DNA of 63,751 bases, the filler included, from Pelomyxa schiedti (Eukaryota; Protista; Evosea): the NCBI GenBank assembly GCA_020536535.1. It is 6 parts of 6 records of this genome, joined end to end, with 100 filler letters (N's around TTAATTAATTAA, not from the genome) between each part and the next. Parts side by side here need not be neighbours in the genome. Positions count along the whole stretch, not along the records: positions 62,571 to 63,751 come from JAHLWZ010002730.1; 5 more parts are not named here. One strand, given 5' to 3'. Under the pieces are notes generated by a model. The model worked only from the letters and a program-made list of their open reading frames with translations. It was not told where the DNA came from and ran no database searches. The position numbers and the translations under genes were made by a program. Shown here piece after piece: positions 62,678-63,751 of the stretch (position 1 is its first letter; each line of letters starts with the position of its first letter).

Positions 62678-63751
62678 TCAGAAATAAAACATGTTTGATT
62701 TGATGTGACCACCAACAGAAACAGAGAAGAGAATGGATGATGTTTCAGGATCAACAAGAGTGGCTGTGTTGTTGTTGTTGTTGAACAGGCACATCACACC
62801 ACCACCTGCAAACAGGTTTCTTGGGTCAACTTCCTCCAATGCGGTGATTGTGTTCAAAGGGTTTGACAGGTCTCTGTGGCCATCAAACACACTCTGTTTT
62901 CTATTTGTTGCGCGAACACCAAAGAGCCCATACCCAATGTCAAAAACAGAATCATCCAGATGAAATGATGGAAGGCACGAGATCTCTGAAACCACACGAC
63001 CATATTTGACACTGAACAGGGAGACAACTTGATATTTCAGATCAACAGGAAGGAGGTAATCATCGCGCTCTGGGATTGGAACTGCCTGAGAGGGATAATG
63101 ATAAGGCCGCAGCTCTGGGACCTGCCACGACCTCACCACCACCGCCATCGCCGGGCCAAAGCACTTCGGCGTGGTGCGTGCCTTCCAGCTTTGCTCCAAA
63201 TCGGCCACCACAAGTGCCCTCTCACCAGGATCCTCAGAATACACCAGTGCCACGATCTCGTTTGGGTTTACTTTGTTGTTTCCTCCTCGCCCTCCCACCG
63301 CAACCTCAGTCATGAGCTTCATCCACCTGCACTGGACACCACCAATTCCGATCCCGGTGCGCGGGTCCGAGAAGCACAAGCGCATGCCCACGCGGTCTAC
63401 CTGGCGGCCGCTGCCCAGCCTCCACACCGCCAGGTCCCTCCTCCGCGACCACCCGCCCGCAGTGTCGCTGACCAGCCACTCCCTGTTCACGTGGACGAGG
63501 GCGCCGCGGGCCTGCTCGCCGCGGTCGGCGGGCCAGGGGCGCCTCACCTCGTGCCTCACCGCGCCTGTGGCGGTGTCCCGCACCTGCACGACCTTGCCCC
63601 GCTCGTACACTGCGGAAGAGGCGCCCGAGCACCAGGCCACGAGGCGCCAGCCGTCGCTCGGGGCAGAGACGACGCGGCAGGTGACGCCGAGGGTGTGGGA
63701 GACGCCCACCACCGCCGTTATGTTGCTGCCGTCGTCGCCTTCGCCTTCGCC
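62678..63751 (-). CDS. Divergent family member, intronless, 5' end outside window
   Basis: VGVSHTLGV, VNREWLV, NKVNPNEIV, VVADLEQSW, AGGGVM, LVDPETS. Confidence 0.7.
   Translation of the reverse strand, partial: GEGEGDDGSNITAVVGVSHTLGVTCRVVSAPSDGWRLVAWCSGASSAVYERGKVVQVRDTATGAVRHEVRRPWPADRGEQARGALVHVNREWLVSDTAGGWSRRRDLAVWRLGSGRQVDRVGMRLCFSDPRTGIGIGGVQCRWMKLMTEVAVGGRGGNNKVNPNEIVALVYSEDPGERALVVADLEQSWKARTTPKCFGPAMAVVVRSWQVPELRPYHYPSQAVPIPERDDYLLPVDLKYQVVSLFSVKYGRVVSEISCLPSFHLDDSVFDIGYGLFGVRATNRKQSVFDGHRDLSNPLNTITALEEVDPRNLFAGGGVMCLFNNNNNTATLVDPETSSILFSVSVGGHIKSNMFYF

Overview
Eukaryotic, intron-rich DNA (short GT-AG introns) from an amoeba-like protist. My recollection of the hypothetical-protein family suggests an archamoeba such as Pelomyxa; this is unverified. 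The window is a concatenation of six unrelated scaffolds joined by N-TTAATTAATTAA-N spacers (17054, 41745, 58427, 61267, 62471), with internal 100-N gaps. Scaffold 1 has two tandem receptor-type adenylate cyclases, a receptor-type class I cyclic-nucleotide phosphodiesterase, NOT4 and a VPGVG-repeat protein. Scaffold 2 has a TRIM-like gene, a complete 3.16 kb TA-flanked Tc1/IS630-type DD34E transposon with an intron-containing transposase and a convergent Cys-rich passenger gene, an LRR-RRM fusion, a C2 protein, an MLKL/Cbl-like 4-helix-bundle + ricin-lectin protein, a CH-ankyrin protein, Rac and Rad5. Scaffold 3 has a non-LTR retrotransposon remnant, a MITE and a tandem array of seven intronless copies of an unannotated ~450 aa family interrupted by a probable pseudokinase. 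The same family appears on four of the six scaffolds (12 copies, 4 frameshifted). Best candidates for novelty: the two-gene spliced transposon, the expanded intronless 'DQFxAL...HPRCG' family, the Cache-sensor cyclase/PDE cluster and the 4HB-EF-ricin protein. Exon boundaries were inferred by eye.
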